Both the position numbers and the translations under genes were made by a program. The notes under the pieces were generated by a model. That model made no database searches. It was not told the origin of the DNA and was given only the letters and a program-made list of their open reading frames with translations. A stretch of 64,000 nt of DNA. Origin: Octopus sinensis (lineage: Eukaryota). The stretch lies in contig NC_043007.1 of NCBI RefSeq assembly GCF_006345805.1, forward strand, positions 26,784,001 through 26,848,000. Reading direction: 5' to 3'. Every line of letters starts with the position of its first letter. The stretch's first letter is position 1. Shown here in pieces: positions 38,230 to 52,525 of this stretch.

Positions 38230-38370
38230 CTAACATAGATAATTTATTGACCCCGAAAGGATGAAAGGCAAAGTCGACCTCGGTGGAATGTGAACTCAGA
38301 ACGTAAAGGCAGACGAAATACGGCTACGCATGTCGCCCGGCGTGCCAACGTTTCTGCCGGCTCGCCACCT
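38230..38370 (-). mobile_element. SINE family C, truncated
   Basis: GAAAGGATGAAAGGCAAAGTCGACCTCGG..CTGCCGGCTCGCC. Confidence 0.85.
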
Positions 38371-38749
38371 CAGTGACGGATATGATATTAGGAGAATGAG
38401 TCTCGATATTATTAGAGCATAATTAATATTAATTGTGATAATAATAGTAATAGCGACTTTAATGATAATGAACTACCGAAATCATTTCGAGAATGTCTCT
38501 TCAAATGTATAATTGTGTAAACATTAGAAAGTGATGTATAATGACTTAATTAGCCTCTTGTAAAAAAAATTTTTATAATTGGAAAGGAATAAATGTGGAG
38601 CATAAAAAAAATGTACTACAATAATTTAGAGAAGCTCATCATTAAATATAAAACAAAAATGTTAGGTTAAAATAAAGGGCAGCAAATCATATATTTTTTA
38701 TGAGGATGTGATTAATGTTTAATATTCAATAGACATAGAAGATCGCAGA

Positions 38750-39700
38750 ATCGTTAGCATGCCTGGGAGAATGCTGATCGGCATTTCGTCCGACATTCAC
38801 ACTCCCCCGAAATTGCTGAAACGAATATTTCATAGTCATTAAAGCGGTAAGCTGGCAGAAACGTTAGCACGCCGGGCAAAATGCTTAGCGGTATTTCGTC
38901 TGCCGCTACGTTCTGAGTTCCAATTCCGCCGAGGTCGACTTTGCTTTTCATCCTTTCGTGATCGATTCAAATAAGTACCAGTTATGAACTGGGGTCGATG
39001 TAATCGACTTAATCCGTTTGTCTGTCCTTGTTTGTCCCCTCTGTGTGTAGCCTCTTGTGGACAGTAAAGAACTAATGAATGTTAGCACGCCTGACAAATC
39101 CTCAGAATTTCCGTCCTGAATTTAAATACCACCGAGGTCGACGTTGCCTTTCATCCTGTTGAGATCGATAAAATATATACCATTTAAAAACTATGGCAGA
39201 TTTATTCGACTTAGCTCTTCCTCAAACCTGCTAATCTTGTGCTAAAATTTAAGACCATTGATATTAATTTGGTACAGAATGGGTTGGTGATTATATCGAC
39301 CAAAAAGGCGGCGAGCTAGCAGAATAGTTAGCACCGCGGACGAAATGCTTAGCGGTATTTCGTCTGCCGCTACGGTCTGAGTTCCAATTCTGCCGAGGTC
39401 GACTTTGCCTTTCATCCTTTCGTGATCGATTAAACAAGTACCAGTTACGCACTGGCGTCGATATAATCAACTTAATCCGTTTGTCTGTCCTTGTTTGTCC
39501 CCTCTGTGTTTAGCCCCTTATGGATAGTAAAGAAATAGGTAAGCTGGCAGAAATGTTAGCACGCCTGACAAAATGATTAACGACATTTCGTCCGAATTTG
39601 TACCCTGAATTTAAATACCACCGAGATCAACCTTGCCTTTCATCTTGTTGAGGTCGATAAAATATGTACCATTTCAACACTAGGGTAGATTTAATCGATT
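38750..39700 (+). mobile_element. Cluster of about five family C units, including a duplicated canonical-plus-variant dimer
   Basis: Canonical units start at ~38842 and ~39306. Each is followed by a variant unit (GTTAGCACGCCTGACAAA..CCTGAATTTAAATACCACCGAG..) at ~39080 and ~39555. Confidence 0.85.
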
Positions 39701-39709
39701 AACCGGGGG

Positions 39710-39970
39710 CAAATCCTGCTGTATTCTTTCACCACCACTTTCTCTCACTCTTTTTCTACCTGTTTCTTTTGTACCTTACTTCAAAATGTCCAGCAGATTT
39801 GTCACACTCTCTGTCAGGCTGAATATCTCCCAGCCCCACCACGAGAACTACGTTATGAGTACACGTGTGACTGTGGAGTTCTCAGCCACTTTGCACGTAA
39901 ACTTCACGAGCAGGCTTTTTCCGTTGATCGCATCAACCGGAAACCACGTCGTCGCAACCGACAGAGAGCC
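39710..39970 (+). mobile_element. Headless SINE family A, tail type 1
   Basis: GAGAACTACGTTA..ACACGTG..CACGAGCAGGCT..GTCGTCGCAACCGACAGAG matches 1070-1295. Confidence 0.8.
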
Positions 39971-40448
39971 CCGACTGTCACTACTACAACTTCTATTACT
40001 GACTCTAACAAACAATCATAAGTGGCTGGAGAACTTTAAGAAAGTAAAAATAGCTAAGAAGGAAATGTATAGGGAGGAGAGGAAAAAAGGAGATAATTAG
40101 GAATTATTTCTGTCGTGCAGGTTCTTAGTGATTCCGTTGCAGTTATTTATGGTCGTGGTGGTATTTGCGGTGTTTATAGTCGTGTTAACAGTGCGTTACC
40201 ACCAGCGTTTATAGTAAGTTTTATTGTAGGACTATCATAGTAATTTATGTTCTCACTCTTTGCCCTCGTACAACCAGTTAATCTGTTTCACTGTTATCAA
40301 AATCTCTTGCCTTACAATCATCTCTCTATCGCATCTATTGATATATGTCTTAATATAGACATTCCAGTCATTTATCCTTTATATCATGTATCAATCTGAT
40401 TATCATGCGTGCGGCACGTGTGGTGTATACATATATATTAATATCTCA

Positions 40449-40487
<39 letters not shown>

Positions 40488-40847
40488 CTATATATATATA
40501 TATATTATATATATATATTATATAATTAATATATATATGAATATATATATCCATAGATATATATATAATATATATATATACATATGCGTACAAATATGTA
40601 TGCGTAATTTTGTGTATAATAATATTATACTATATGTATACATACATATGTAGCTATACATATATATATATACAAACAAGGATATATCCGTATATATATG
40701 CATACACATAAACATATAAACTTGTATACATCATTCTGTCTGTCTGCGTATATGTATTATGTGTCTGTATATGAGTGTACGCGCGTGTGAGAGTCAGTGT
40801 CCATCTGTGTTTTTGTATTTATATTCAAATATATATGTGTGTTTGTA

Positions 40848-40887
<40 letters not shown>

Positions 40888-41275
40888 TATGTACATATAT
40901 ATGTCTATTATATATATATATATGTATACACCTATGTACATATAGATATATATATATATATATGTTACTCACACATGTGCATATATATATTTGTGTGTGT
41001 GTGTGTGTATACTCCTACATATATATGTTCATACTGACGCGCGCAAGCATACAGTTATATACACACACTCAGAGACACATTCGCATAAAAATATAAGTAA
41101 TTCATACGCCATCCATTTCTTTTCTGTCTCCATATATATTTGTTATCTGTTTGTATATCTTTCAGCATCAATTTTATTTTTGCTTTGGTCATAAAAGTGT
41201 CTTTCCTACTCTCACTTTCTCTCTTTCTCTCTGTTACACAAAACTCTACAACCACATCTAATCATATTATTCATA

Positions 41276-41317
<42 letters not shown>

Positions 41318-42855
41318 GTACATGTATAAGTTGTCTGTTGTCAGTGTGTGTGTGTGTGTGTGTGTGGTGTGTAATAAATGTTGTCTGTTAAGAATACTGA
41401 GTTTAGCTGTAATCAATAAAAAGAAAAATACCGTTCGCAAAAACATCGAATATGTTTTGAATAATGATTTAAAAGAATATGTTTGTGTTATGTTAAAGAA
41501 AATTACATTGGTCTGTGATAATTCTAGAATTTAAATAATTTATAATGAAGTGGGTGAGAAAAAAAAACGAGGAATAAAAAAAAAATGTCGTTGACCGTTT
41601 AGAAATAGTTTTTGAGTAGGAACATATTAAGAAAGAAGCATAATTTAAGTGGAATAATTTAAAGCATATTTTCCGTTTTAATTCCCGAGCATTCTTCAGA
41701 GACCAGCATTAATAATTGTTAGTGTTTCGGGTATATGGTCAATAATTGTGAGGTGAAGAGCAAGTAGATTCTAGTAAAGCGTGTATTTGGATAGTATTTT
41801 ATTTAAAGACCTCGAAAGGACGGAAGAATGTTAAAGTTGACCTCGGCGGGATTTGATCTCGGAAAGTAGAGAGCCGAAAGAAATTCAGCGGGACGTTTTG
41901 ACCAATGCTCTGATTCAGCTTCACCGACAGAATATAGTGATTTAGTTAGGAGTTCGGAACTGTTAAGACGGGTGAGTGTTGCTGGTCAGTCGATTAAATT
42001 GATCACATTTATAGATTGATAGTATATATTATCGATCTCAGATGATGAAAAACCTAAGTTGATTTCCACGGGATTCGAAAACACAAATCAAGGAGCTGAG
42101 TGGAATACACACGGCATTTTCCCGAAGCTCTAGCAATTTCGCCAACTCAACGCTCTGGGAAGAACCGGTTTTACTAATTTTCGCAAAAGGCCTGTCATTT
42201 TAAGGAAATTGCTAATTTAATGGAACCCAGTGCAAAATACGTACTTATTTGATCTCCCTTCGATATGATGAAAGACTGGATTTGACTTGGGCCGAATTTG
42301 AACCCAGAACCTGAAGGAGAGAAAGATACACCGTTTATCGTTTTGTCCGGCATGCTAACGATTCTGCCACCTCTCTGCCTTAGCTGGGTTAAATAATCTT
42401 TTCTACTCTTGGTGCAAGTCCTGAAGTTTTGTATTACGGAGGTTAATCGATTACATCGACCCCAATTACGTTTTTAGTCATACCACGGCCCTTAATTGGG
42501 AACCTTGTTGTTCACCTTGTCACGCTGTTGAAAAGACCCAAAACATTTACATGTTATTGACCTATAAAAGCAGGATCGCATTTGTGATTTCATACTTACG
42601 AATAGTCGATGAAATGCTCACTAATGAAGTGATTAAGTACAACTAATTAACACTTATCTATTGTAATATGGTTGTTGTATTAAATCACGAGCAGCCTTCG
42701 ATATTTTTCGATCCAAAAGGGTTTTTTGACCTAACTATTTACAAGATATTAATTATAGTTTTGCCTTTTTTATTTCAAGACCTAATTCTAAACCAGCAAA
42801 AAAGGATTATTCCATGCTTTCTGGAAAGTTTATAAATTCTCATGACGTCAACACC

Positions 42856-42904
<49 letters not shown>

Positions 42905-43930
42905 TGTGTGAGAGAGTGCATATATATATACATATGTACGTACACACATAGACACACAGACATACACACACACATATATATATATATGTATGTATGTAAA
43001 TACATTTAGATGTATAGTTGAGTATGTATGTGTGCTTGTAGGCCTAGCACACGGCGCATAGCTCGAAGGCATCTAATCACGCTGTTAAGTAGAGGTTAAA
43101 TCTGGCATAAATATGGTGTTTAATAATAATGAAGAGGAAAAGCAGAGAGGAAAAAAGTCGGTAACCACGTAATTAACTAACAGTCTGTATGTATGGTCGA
43201 TAAAACCACTTATTGTAACACAGGCATTCGTGAGCGTGTGACTTGGCCTGCGTATTCATGTTATTGCTCCGTGTGCGCTCATACGTACCTGTACGTGGAT
43301 ATATAAGCTTATATTGTATGCATAATTCTACATATAAATACATACATACACACACACATATGTACATATATATATATATAATATCAGGGTAGGAAAAATC
43401 TCAGAAATGTTTACTACCAGTGGCCGAGCATGTGGAAAACTAGAATTTTTATTTCATTCGATATTATCCCTAACAGTGGTTTGGATTTTAACTACTCCTC
43501 CTAGCGTGCGAAATGTCCTATTATAGCCATCTCTTATGTGCTTAAAGGTACACATATATAAATTTATCCATATACATGTATAAATATATATATCCATATA
43601 CATCTATAAATTAACAATCACAGGTGTTTTCATATCCATAACTTTGGAAAGACACACACAATCATATAATATATATAATATATTATATAATATATATATA
43701 TTTATATTATATATATATATATATACATACATATATATATATAAATATATACATAGAATTCTTTAAGGCTGCCCCAAGAATGTATGTGCGTATGTATATA
43801 TATATATATATACACTTGGAAATGGATGCGTCGCGTTCAGGCTAAGATCAAGGTCTAATATCTATTCTTAAAAGTTTAATATACATATATGATATAGGGT
43901 GTATGACATCACCAACGGTGCAAATGTCTG

Positions 43931-44025
<95 letters not shown>

Positions 44026-45084
44026 TGTGTGTGTATTTCCAAAGTTATGGATATGAAAACACTGTGATTGTTAATTTCTTGAGGATATATTTCGTATCAA
44101 GAACGAGCGATATATCAGAGGTACTCAATACATGCATGATAAATCAGGTATCGAAAATGCACCTCACGTAGGAAACCAATTTCATTTCGCAATACCGAGT
44201 TATATATATATATGGGGGGGGGTTTGTATGTGTGTGTGTGTGTGTGTGTGTTACCGATAACCCCCGCAATGGAAAAATTATCATTTCAAGAACAAGTTAT
44301 AACTGCGCCACACGTTATATATCACCGTTCACCTGTATGGCTTCATGTCTAAGAATGCAGCTGCGTAAATTATTACTTCCCTGATCGACCCTACTATCCG
44401 TAACTTGGCCTTCTTTTTCCTACCTAGGAACGTTGGCCGTACACAAACCTATTTTGGGGACCTGGCGTTCAGAATTAGTCTCTCCACTCCGTTCTTTGAA
44501 TTCTCCGTCTTGAGAGATTTTACCATGTTCTAGGGTTTTGCTGGCATAGTGCCCAGGTTCAGTGCGGTGTATAAGCCACAACAGCCCGACAAGGACTGAA
44601 CCTTGTACTAGAGGCACAGGGTCAGCATGTCCACCAATAACAGCATACATAAAGCGAAAGTGGGACAAAACAACGAATATAGTCCTTAGTAACTGTATCT
44701 GATAAAAATTTGTAGCCAAATAGTAATAGTCGAACAAGAGAGACAGAGAGACAAACAGATACCGAGACAGAGAGAGAGAGAGAGAAAGAGACCAAGACAC
44801 ACACACACAGACAAATTAGCAGACGGGCGGACAGACAGATAGACTGACAGACAGACAGACAGACAATCAGGCAGCCAGAGACTGATAGTAAGAGAGTGAG
44901 GGATATGCCATTTTACTTAGATTTACTGCTGTGCTTCTCATCCATTTTTTACCAATTGACCCCTTTGACAAGGAGTCAAACAGACCCCATCTGAGAACCA
45001 GTAATTTAACGTGTCTCTAAAGAGCAGGACTTGTTCATACCGATAGGTATTTGACCAGAAGTTAGGTAAATATTCTTTTCTACT

Positions 45085-45471
45085 CAAAAAACAAGGTCCG
45101 AAATTTGGAGGGAGGGGGCCAGTCGATTACATCGACCACAGTACGCAACTGGTACTTAATTTATCGACCACGAAAGGATGAAAAGCAACGTCGACCTCGG
45201 CGGAATTTGAACTCAGAATGTAAAGACAGACGAAATACCAATTTCTTTATTGCCCACAATGGGCTACACATAGAGGGGACAAACAAGTACAGACAAACGG
45301 ATTAAGTCGATTATATCGACTCCAGTGCGTAACTGGTACTTAATTTATCGACCACGAAAGGCTGAAAGGTAAAGTCGACCTAGGCAGAATTTGAACTCTG
45401 AACGCAGCGACGGACGAAGTACCACAAAGCATTTCGCCCGGTGTGTTAACATTTCTGCCAGCTCGCCGCCT
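45085..45471 (-). mobile_element. SINE family C, tandem dimer
   Basis: Two cores. Junction (minus strand) AATAAAGAAATTGGTATTTCG at ~45240. Confidence 0.85.
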
Positions 45472-46194
45472 TTATCTTAGCTGAATATTGCTGACAAAGA
45501 GTTAAGTACTTCCTTTAGACAGAGATCAATTGAGATAAACATTAAATATTTCTGCATATATTTTGTAACGTGTCAATTTTCTCGACAGTTTAAATTATGC
45601 TGTATATGCATCGCATTGAATTATGTCTGTATTTTGAATATTGTTCTATTTAAACTGAGTGAGTTGTCTGTGAGGAGACTATTGCTCAGCTGGAAACTTG
45701 CAGGAAATAATTATACTCTATTCGTATGCATTGTAAATGCTATACACTACGAAAGAAATACAAATAGTCATATATATATATATACATACATATACGTACA
45801 TAGAATAATATGTGTGTGTACATGTATATATATATAATATATATATATATATTATCATATATATTATATATATATATTATATATATATATATTATATATT
45901 TATATATATATTATTATACATATTATATATTTATTATATATATTTATATAATATATATATGTTTCTCTGTATGTTATATATGTATATAGATAGATACATA
46001 CATATATACATACATATATATATATATTATATACATACATATAGATAGATATATAGATATATATATACAAACATATATTTATATTGTCATATCTCCAACA
46101 CACACACGTATATATATATATATATATACATATAACACATGGTTGGTGTGTGGTGTGAGTGTGTGTGTGTGATATGATATATATATATATATAT

Positions 46195-46226
<32 letters not shown>

Positions 46227-47190
46227 ATATGTGTATATACAAAAGTACACAGATACATGAGTATGTGTTATTTATACCTAATTCCCCAAACAAGATATTC
46301 CGCATACATTTAACAATCAACGCCTGTCATTTTCAAAGCAATACCACAAATTACGATGCGCATGTTTTTTTTTCACAATAGTCTTCATTACTAGAAATAT
46401 TTTCACAAATGAGGAAGGCTCTGACTAAAACATCACAAAGCAGAACAACAATGGCAACTGTACACAAATTGAATGTAACACAAACTTAGTCTTTCTCGTA
46501 AATTTAAAGGACAATGCGAACACTACAAACAATACAAGTTCGCATGATGTGTCAAGGAAAACACTACATAGATATATTGAAAACATACGATAATAACAAT
46601 GACTTTGATAATTGCTATTTTGCTTCTTATTGTTATTGTTAAGATGTAAGAATCTATTATTTTTCTTGGTGTTATTATTATAGGGAACTGCAACAACAAA
46701 TATTGGGGGAAATCAGGTCAATATTCTTTAATCTTGCGTAAAGTATACAAAGAAATCTGAAGAATTTGTGTGGAGGAAAGACGGACTGACCATTCAAAGA
46801 TTGGAAATAATGTCAATAAAAGATTTCTTTTACGAAAGGAAAATTTAGATGAATAAGAAGCCTGTTAAAGAGCAGATTGATACACTATGTAACCATAGGG
46901 AGCACTAGCGTAATTTTAGTGAGGCAAATATAAAAGAATTACAGGAGGGATTTGAGTTGGTAGTTTATAATACTAACAGGTAGAATGAATGCTAGAATTA
47001 TGGAGTTTCTATCCGCTTGCTCGACCTGCTGACTATTGCAATTAAGTATCATTTAAATCTTAGGCTGTTGTTTTTTTAAAAAAAGGAAGACTATGTGGTA
47101 GAGTTTATTTATTGTTTCACAAAATACTGTGGTGGTAAAAGTAGGAGGTCGTTCAACCAGAGAACTAATCTGGTCAACAAGACTGATATT

Positions 47191-47518
47191 CTGGCAGAAC
47201 TGATAGTACGCCGGGCGAAATGCTTAGCGGTATTTCGTCTGTCGTTACGTTGTGAGTTCCAATTCCGCCGAGGTCGACTTTGCCTTTCATCATTTCGGGG
47301 TCGATTAAATAAGTACCAGTTACGCACTGGAGTCGATATAATCGACCAAATCCGTTTTTCTGTCCTTGTTTGTCTTCTCTGTGTTTAGCCCCTTATGGGT
47401 AATAAAGAAATAGGTATTTCGTCTGGCGTTACGTTGCGAGTTCAAATTTCGCCGAGGTCGACTTTGCCTTTCATCCTTTCGGGGTCGATTAAATAAGTAC
47501 CAGTAACGCACTTGGGTC
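47191..47518 (+). mobile_element. SINE family C dimer flanked by a 47-bp direct repeat
   Basis: GGTCGTTC(A/G)ACCAGAGAACTAATCTG(G/T)TCAACAAGACTGATATTCTG at 47147-47193 and 47515-47561. Confidence 0.85.
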
Positions 47519-48010
47519 GTTCGACCAGAGAACTAATCTGTTCAACAAGACTGATATTCTGTCGGTGAAAACTATGAGAGTTCCACTTGATCCGATCTAC
47601 GGAACAGTGGTGCTTGAAATTAGTGTGTAAGTGGTTGATCACTTCACTGACACGCGTAACCTTAACGAAGTTCTCAGGGAGATTCAGTGTGATACCAACG
47701 GAATGTTAGTTGGGGAAAAAACAAGTGATAATGTTGGAGTCCTCGTAGTAGTTACCCAGGTCTAAAGAAATTACCAACAGGCAGAAGGGAGCTAGCATGC
47801 GCAATTCCCAGAAAGCAAGAGTGATTTAGGTTATAAACAGAGAGGAGATGGAAAGAAAAAGGTGAAAGAAACGAAAGGACAAAATCGCTAAGACTGAAAA
47901 ATACGCACATTACTGGAAGAATGCGAAGAACTAAAGAAAAGCAAGAAGAAAATTCAATAGAAATGATTGACAAAAAATACAATAAATTGTATGAATGGTA
48001 ATGAAAGAAA

Positions 48011-48280
48011 GCGTAGCGTAGCCGTTAGGGTTTCCGGCTCCAGATCGCACAGTCGTGGATTCGATTTCCGACGGTGAATTATGCCCTTGAGTAGAACACC
48101 TTATTTCTCAGTTGCGACTGTAATTCAAAGAGCCAGCCTTGTAACATTCTGTGTCTCACCCTGACAACCACGTTAAGGGTACGTGTGTCTGTGGTGTACT
48201 CAGCTACATGCACGTTAATTTCACGAGCAGGATGCCCCGTAGATCGGATCAACTGGCAACCTCATCATTGTAACTGACGA
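48011..48280 (+). mobile_element. Diverged tRNA-headed SINE with a family A tail type 1
   Basis: GGATTCGATTTCC B-box-like. GTTAAGGGTACGTGTGTCTGTGG..CACGTTAATTTCACGAGCAGG matches 1180-1245. Confidence 0.7.
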
Positions 48281-48879
48281 AATTAGTCTTGTTACCACCC
48301 GCCACCCACCCCCAATGTACCTTAATCGACGAGGTCTGTGATCCAAAGACCTTCTGCCACGACCATCATGTTTTATTTTTATTTTTATTTTTTTCCAACA
48401 GTAACTAAATTATACGAAGCCTTTTTCCTTTTTCTGTTAAAGAGAACAGCGGAAGATTAGAAGGACTTTAACTGCTATTGTCACTAGATCGAGCAAACGA
48501 ATACAAACTCCATAATTTGCTTCTACGTAACATCGCTTGTAATCAAACGCACACAGCAATAAAACGTCGAAGCTTAAAGGACATACCATAGAGATTTCTA
48601 TGGTTAATAGTTCCAAATTGAACTTCTTACCATAAGAGAATGACTAAATAATTAAGTCATATACCAACTGGCTGGAAACATTTTCCAGATTGCAATTTAC
48701 TACGCAGGATTTTCCTAATTGTTGAGGGATCGAATCAAAGGTAATATATCAGACATTTTTAAGTAATGAATTCCTTATTAATATGCTTTTCAGTAATAAC
48801 GTTCTCAACGAATGTTATCCATTGAGATAAAAGCTGATAATAAACATATAACTACCTATATTTATATCAATATACAGCA

Positions 48880-48900
48880 ATAGATAGATAGGTAGGTAGG

Positions 48901-48961
<61 letters not shown>

Positions 48962-48979
48962 TAGGTAGATAGATAGATA

Positions 48980-49013
<34 letters not shown>

Positions 49014-49075
49014 GATAGATAGATAGATAGATAGATAGATGATAGATAGATAGATAGATACATAGATAGATAGAT

Positions 49076-49141
<66 letters not shown>

Positions 49142-49170
49142 AGATAGATAGATAGATAGATAGATAGACA
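48880..49170. repeat. (GATA)n microsatellite
   Basis: Directly visible. Confidence 0.95.
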
Positions 49171-49299
49171 GTTAGATATGCAACCATGAAAGATAATATT
49201 ACCACTAGGGCAGAAATGACACCAATGGGAGAACAGAAGATCTAAAGGCCAATTATGGTTAGATGAAATACAGGATTACAGGAAACTACACACAGATCA

Positions 49300-49660
49300 T
49301 TCAATGGAATGCATCGATTATAATAAAAGGCCGACGACACGATCTTTCAAGCTTCGGTAATAGAATGCCTAAAGATAATAAGTATTGCACAGAGCATACG
49401 AACGTTGATTGCCAAGTGTATGAATATAGCGAAAACAAAATGAATCTATTCTTCCGAAGAGGTATGAAGTGTTCGCATCGATATTGTAATCTTTGGAAGT
49501 AATAGCATATCCCTTTTGGATTTTATGATATGCATGGTCAAATTAACCCTTGCTACAAAGAATGGTCAGAGATTGTTATGGTATTCAATGAATGTAAAAG
49601 GAATGACTATCAGCTTGTCTATATGGATGACTTAAAACTGTTTGCAAAGAATGACGGTGG
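49300..49660 (+). pseudogene. Decayed non-LTR retrotransposon reverse transcriptase fragment (R4/Dong-like)
   Basis: Across frameshifts: IDYNK-ADDTIFQASVIECLKIISI (cf. IDYKKAYD.VPH.WI.ECLK), IVIFGSNSISLLDFMICMVKLT (cf. RGIFQGDSLSPLLF..CM.PLT) and LVYMDDLKLFAKND (49620-49655). The motifs are in the expected order and spacing. Confidence 0.8.
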
Positions 49661-50057
49661 AAGGATGTCATTAGTACAACAAAGTACTTGGAATGTTCTG
49701 TGACGTTTGAGCGTATTTGCAGGTTAAATGTGTCAAATTTTAATAATTACCTGTATTTGTAAACGCATCAAAATACTGTTCTGCGTATAATGGCGGTCAT
49801 ATCACGGACGATAAACCGAGTTTCCTACATTAGAGAACCGGGTGTTGTCGATGAGCTGCCTAAGTTCACAAGACACAGCAGTACTTATTAGTAAAACAAT
49901 ATTAGAAAAAAGACAAATTATCACAGTCGGTTAGCACCAACTTATGAAAGATTGCCTTGCTTAAGGTACGATGTCTTTTACGTGGGAAAATTCCGCAATT
50001 ACTGCATTTGCCGGAGTATAAGACGCGTTGTTTTATTTTTAATTGCATCAAAAATTG

Positions 50058-50380
50058 CTATGTAACGTGGATGTAAACACACTAATATCGGTTGTCAAGC
50101 GCTGGTGTTGTGACAAACACAGACACATAAATACATACATACATACATACATACATACATACATACATACATACATACATACATACATACATACATAAAT
50201 ACATACATACATACATGTATATATATACGACGAACGTCTTTCAGTTTCCATCTACTAAATCCACCCACAAGGCTTTGGTTGGTCCGAGGTTATAGTAGAA
50301 GACACTTGCCTATGATGGCACTCTGTGGGACTGAACCAGGAACCATGTAGTTGGGAAGTAAGCTTCTTAACATACAGCCC
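50058..50380 (-). mobile_element. SINE family B with internal (CATA)n
   Basis: CAGTTTCCATCTACTAAATCCACCCACAAGGCTTTGG..GGGACTGAACC. Confidence 0.85.
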
Positions 50381-50488
50381 CTCCCGTTCTTAATAATGAA
50401 GTGATTTTTAATTTTTTTCCATTTATCAACGTTGAAATATCAAACGGGTGAATTAATGAATGTAAGTTTGAAATTTAGAACAGAGATG

Positions 50489-50644
50489 CAGGCGTGGCCG
50501 TGTGGTAAGCGGTTAGCTCCTCAATCACATGGTTTCTGGCTCAATCCTACTGTGTGACATCTTGGGTAATTGTCATCTATTATTGTTGCAAGCCAGCCAA
50601 AACCTTGTGAGTGGATTTGGTAGATAGAAATACAAAGAATCCCA

Positions 50645-50678
<34 letters not shown>

Positions 50679-50790
50679 GTGTGTGTGTGTGTCTGGTTTC
50701 CCCTCATAACTGCCTGACAACCTGTGTTGGTTTGTTTTCATCCTAGCGACCTAGAAATTCGGCAAGAGAGATCTAGATAATAAGTATCAA
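50489..50790 (+). mobile_element. SINE family B, diverged, head-to-head with the previous copy
   Basis: CAGGCGTGGCCGTGTGG..CCTTGTGAGTGGATTTGGTAGA..(TG)n. Confidence 0.8.
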
Positions 50791-51507
50791 ATTAAAAAAA
50801 AAAGAAAAAGGAATGAAGTATTAGAGTCGATTTGTTTCACTAAAGATTTCAATACCCTGCTCCAGTAAGGCCGTAATCCAATAACTGAAACGGGTAAAAG
50901 AAAAGAAAGAAAGAAGAGAATAAGGAGATATAAGAAAGTAGATATTTTTGGCTGGTAGTCTATAAATTTTTGCATTTTCGTCTGTTGGAAGTCTATAAAA
51001 TTTTCTAGCATTTGTACAAAGACAACTCTTGGGCGAGTTTATAGTCAATTAGATTCATCGCAGCATCTGATTGCTTGAGAATTTATCGACCATGTAAAGT
51101 TGAAAATAAAACTGGATCCGTATATATTAAATTCCTTTTATGGAGATGAATGAAACCAGACGCCATATTGTTCATCAGTTCCCCACTAAATTCCCTGTGG
51201 TCGTAATTACACCTAGACAATTTCCTAATTCATAGCTTGACACTTCAATTTGTTGCACGTTTAACTGCTTCTCTCCGTATGGAGTCGTGTTACATCGTGA
51301 CTCGCCAGAAACTTGTAAACACGAGGAGAAAAAGTCTCAAAGCTGCAAATATACTCAAAGCACATAACAAATTTTAATAAACGCCTCTCTTCCTCATTCC
51401 ATAATTAATTTTCTCCTAATTTGTTCTCTGCATACATTTGGAGAGAAACCGATTCTAACCTACCTCTTTATTGCACACACAAGTACACACTCTACTTACA
51501 TATACAT

Positions 51508-51544
<37 letters not shown>

Positions 51545-52452
51545 TTGTGTATGTGTGTATGTGCCTAAATGTGTATATACATATCTATATATAATCTATA
51601 TATAAACATACACATATAAATGTATATATATATATATACAAAATGAGAAAATGGAGAAGCATACCTAAATCAATCATCAACCATCAGATAATACCCAATC
51701 AATACTTTATTAAACCATTACACAACAGCAATGACATTATACATAATATATTACAAATATAACTAGACATAGAAATAGAGATAGAAAATATATATATATA
51801 TATATATAAAATACAAAATACACAATTATATCTTTAGATCGCTAGTAATAGCAATACTCAAAATATAAAACAGACTGGAGTTGTAGTGCTCCAAATATAT
51901 GAATATATATGTGTAAATCTAACATATATATGTATATGTATATATTTATATGTGTGTGTGTGTATGTATGTAGGCAGGGATCTAAATATCATTAATGATT
52001 TCGTGAATATATGTATGAACCTTACTATACAAACGCACATGAACATAGAATATCATAAAGTGTATAGGCAATTGGCAGGCAGAGATAGTTAGATAGGTAA
52101 GTATATTCATAAATAATCGGATGCATATTGGTAGAGACATTTATTAATAGATACATACGTACATAAAAACATACATTCGAAGCGAGAAGTCGCGTATTTG
52201 GCGTGGGATACTATTTAACGAAAATAGGACGAATGCTATCTTCAACTTTCGAGCCACAGCTAGCAGCCTTGTTAGATAACTGGTTAGTCTTCAGGTGAAT
52301 CAACTGAGGGAACCTTTTTTCAGGATCTTAGTGATTTTTGACTAAAACTTGAATTTAGCATGCAGAGAGTTACTGTGGCTGGACACACATCAACAACAAC
52401 ACAATCGAGAAACAGAACGAAGGTGGGGTGGGGTAGGTGGTAGTAGTAGTAT

Positions 52453-52525
<73 letters not shown>

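Noticed and set aside
44410-44720. ~100-codon minus-strand ORF ending KIGLCTANVPR, and a plus-strand acceptor-like site at ~44425
   Set aside because: The resemblance to a LINE endonuclease start is too weak, and all plus frames close quickly.
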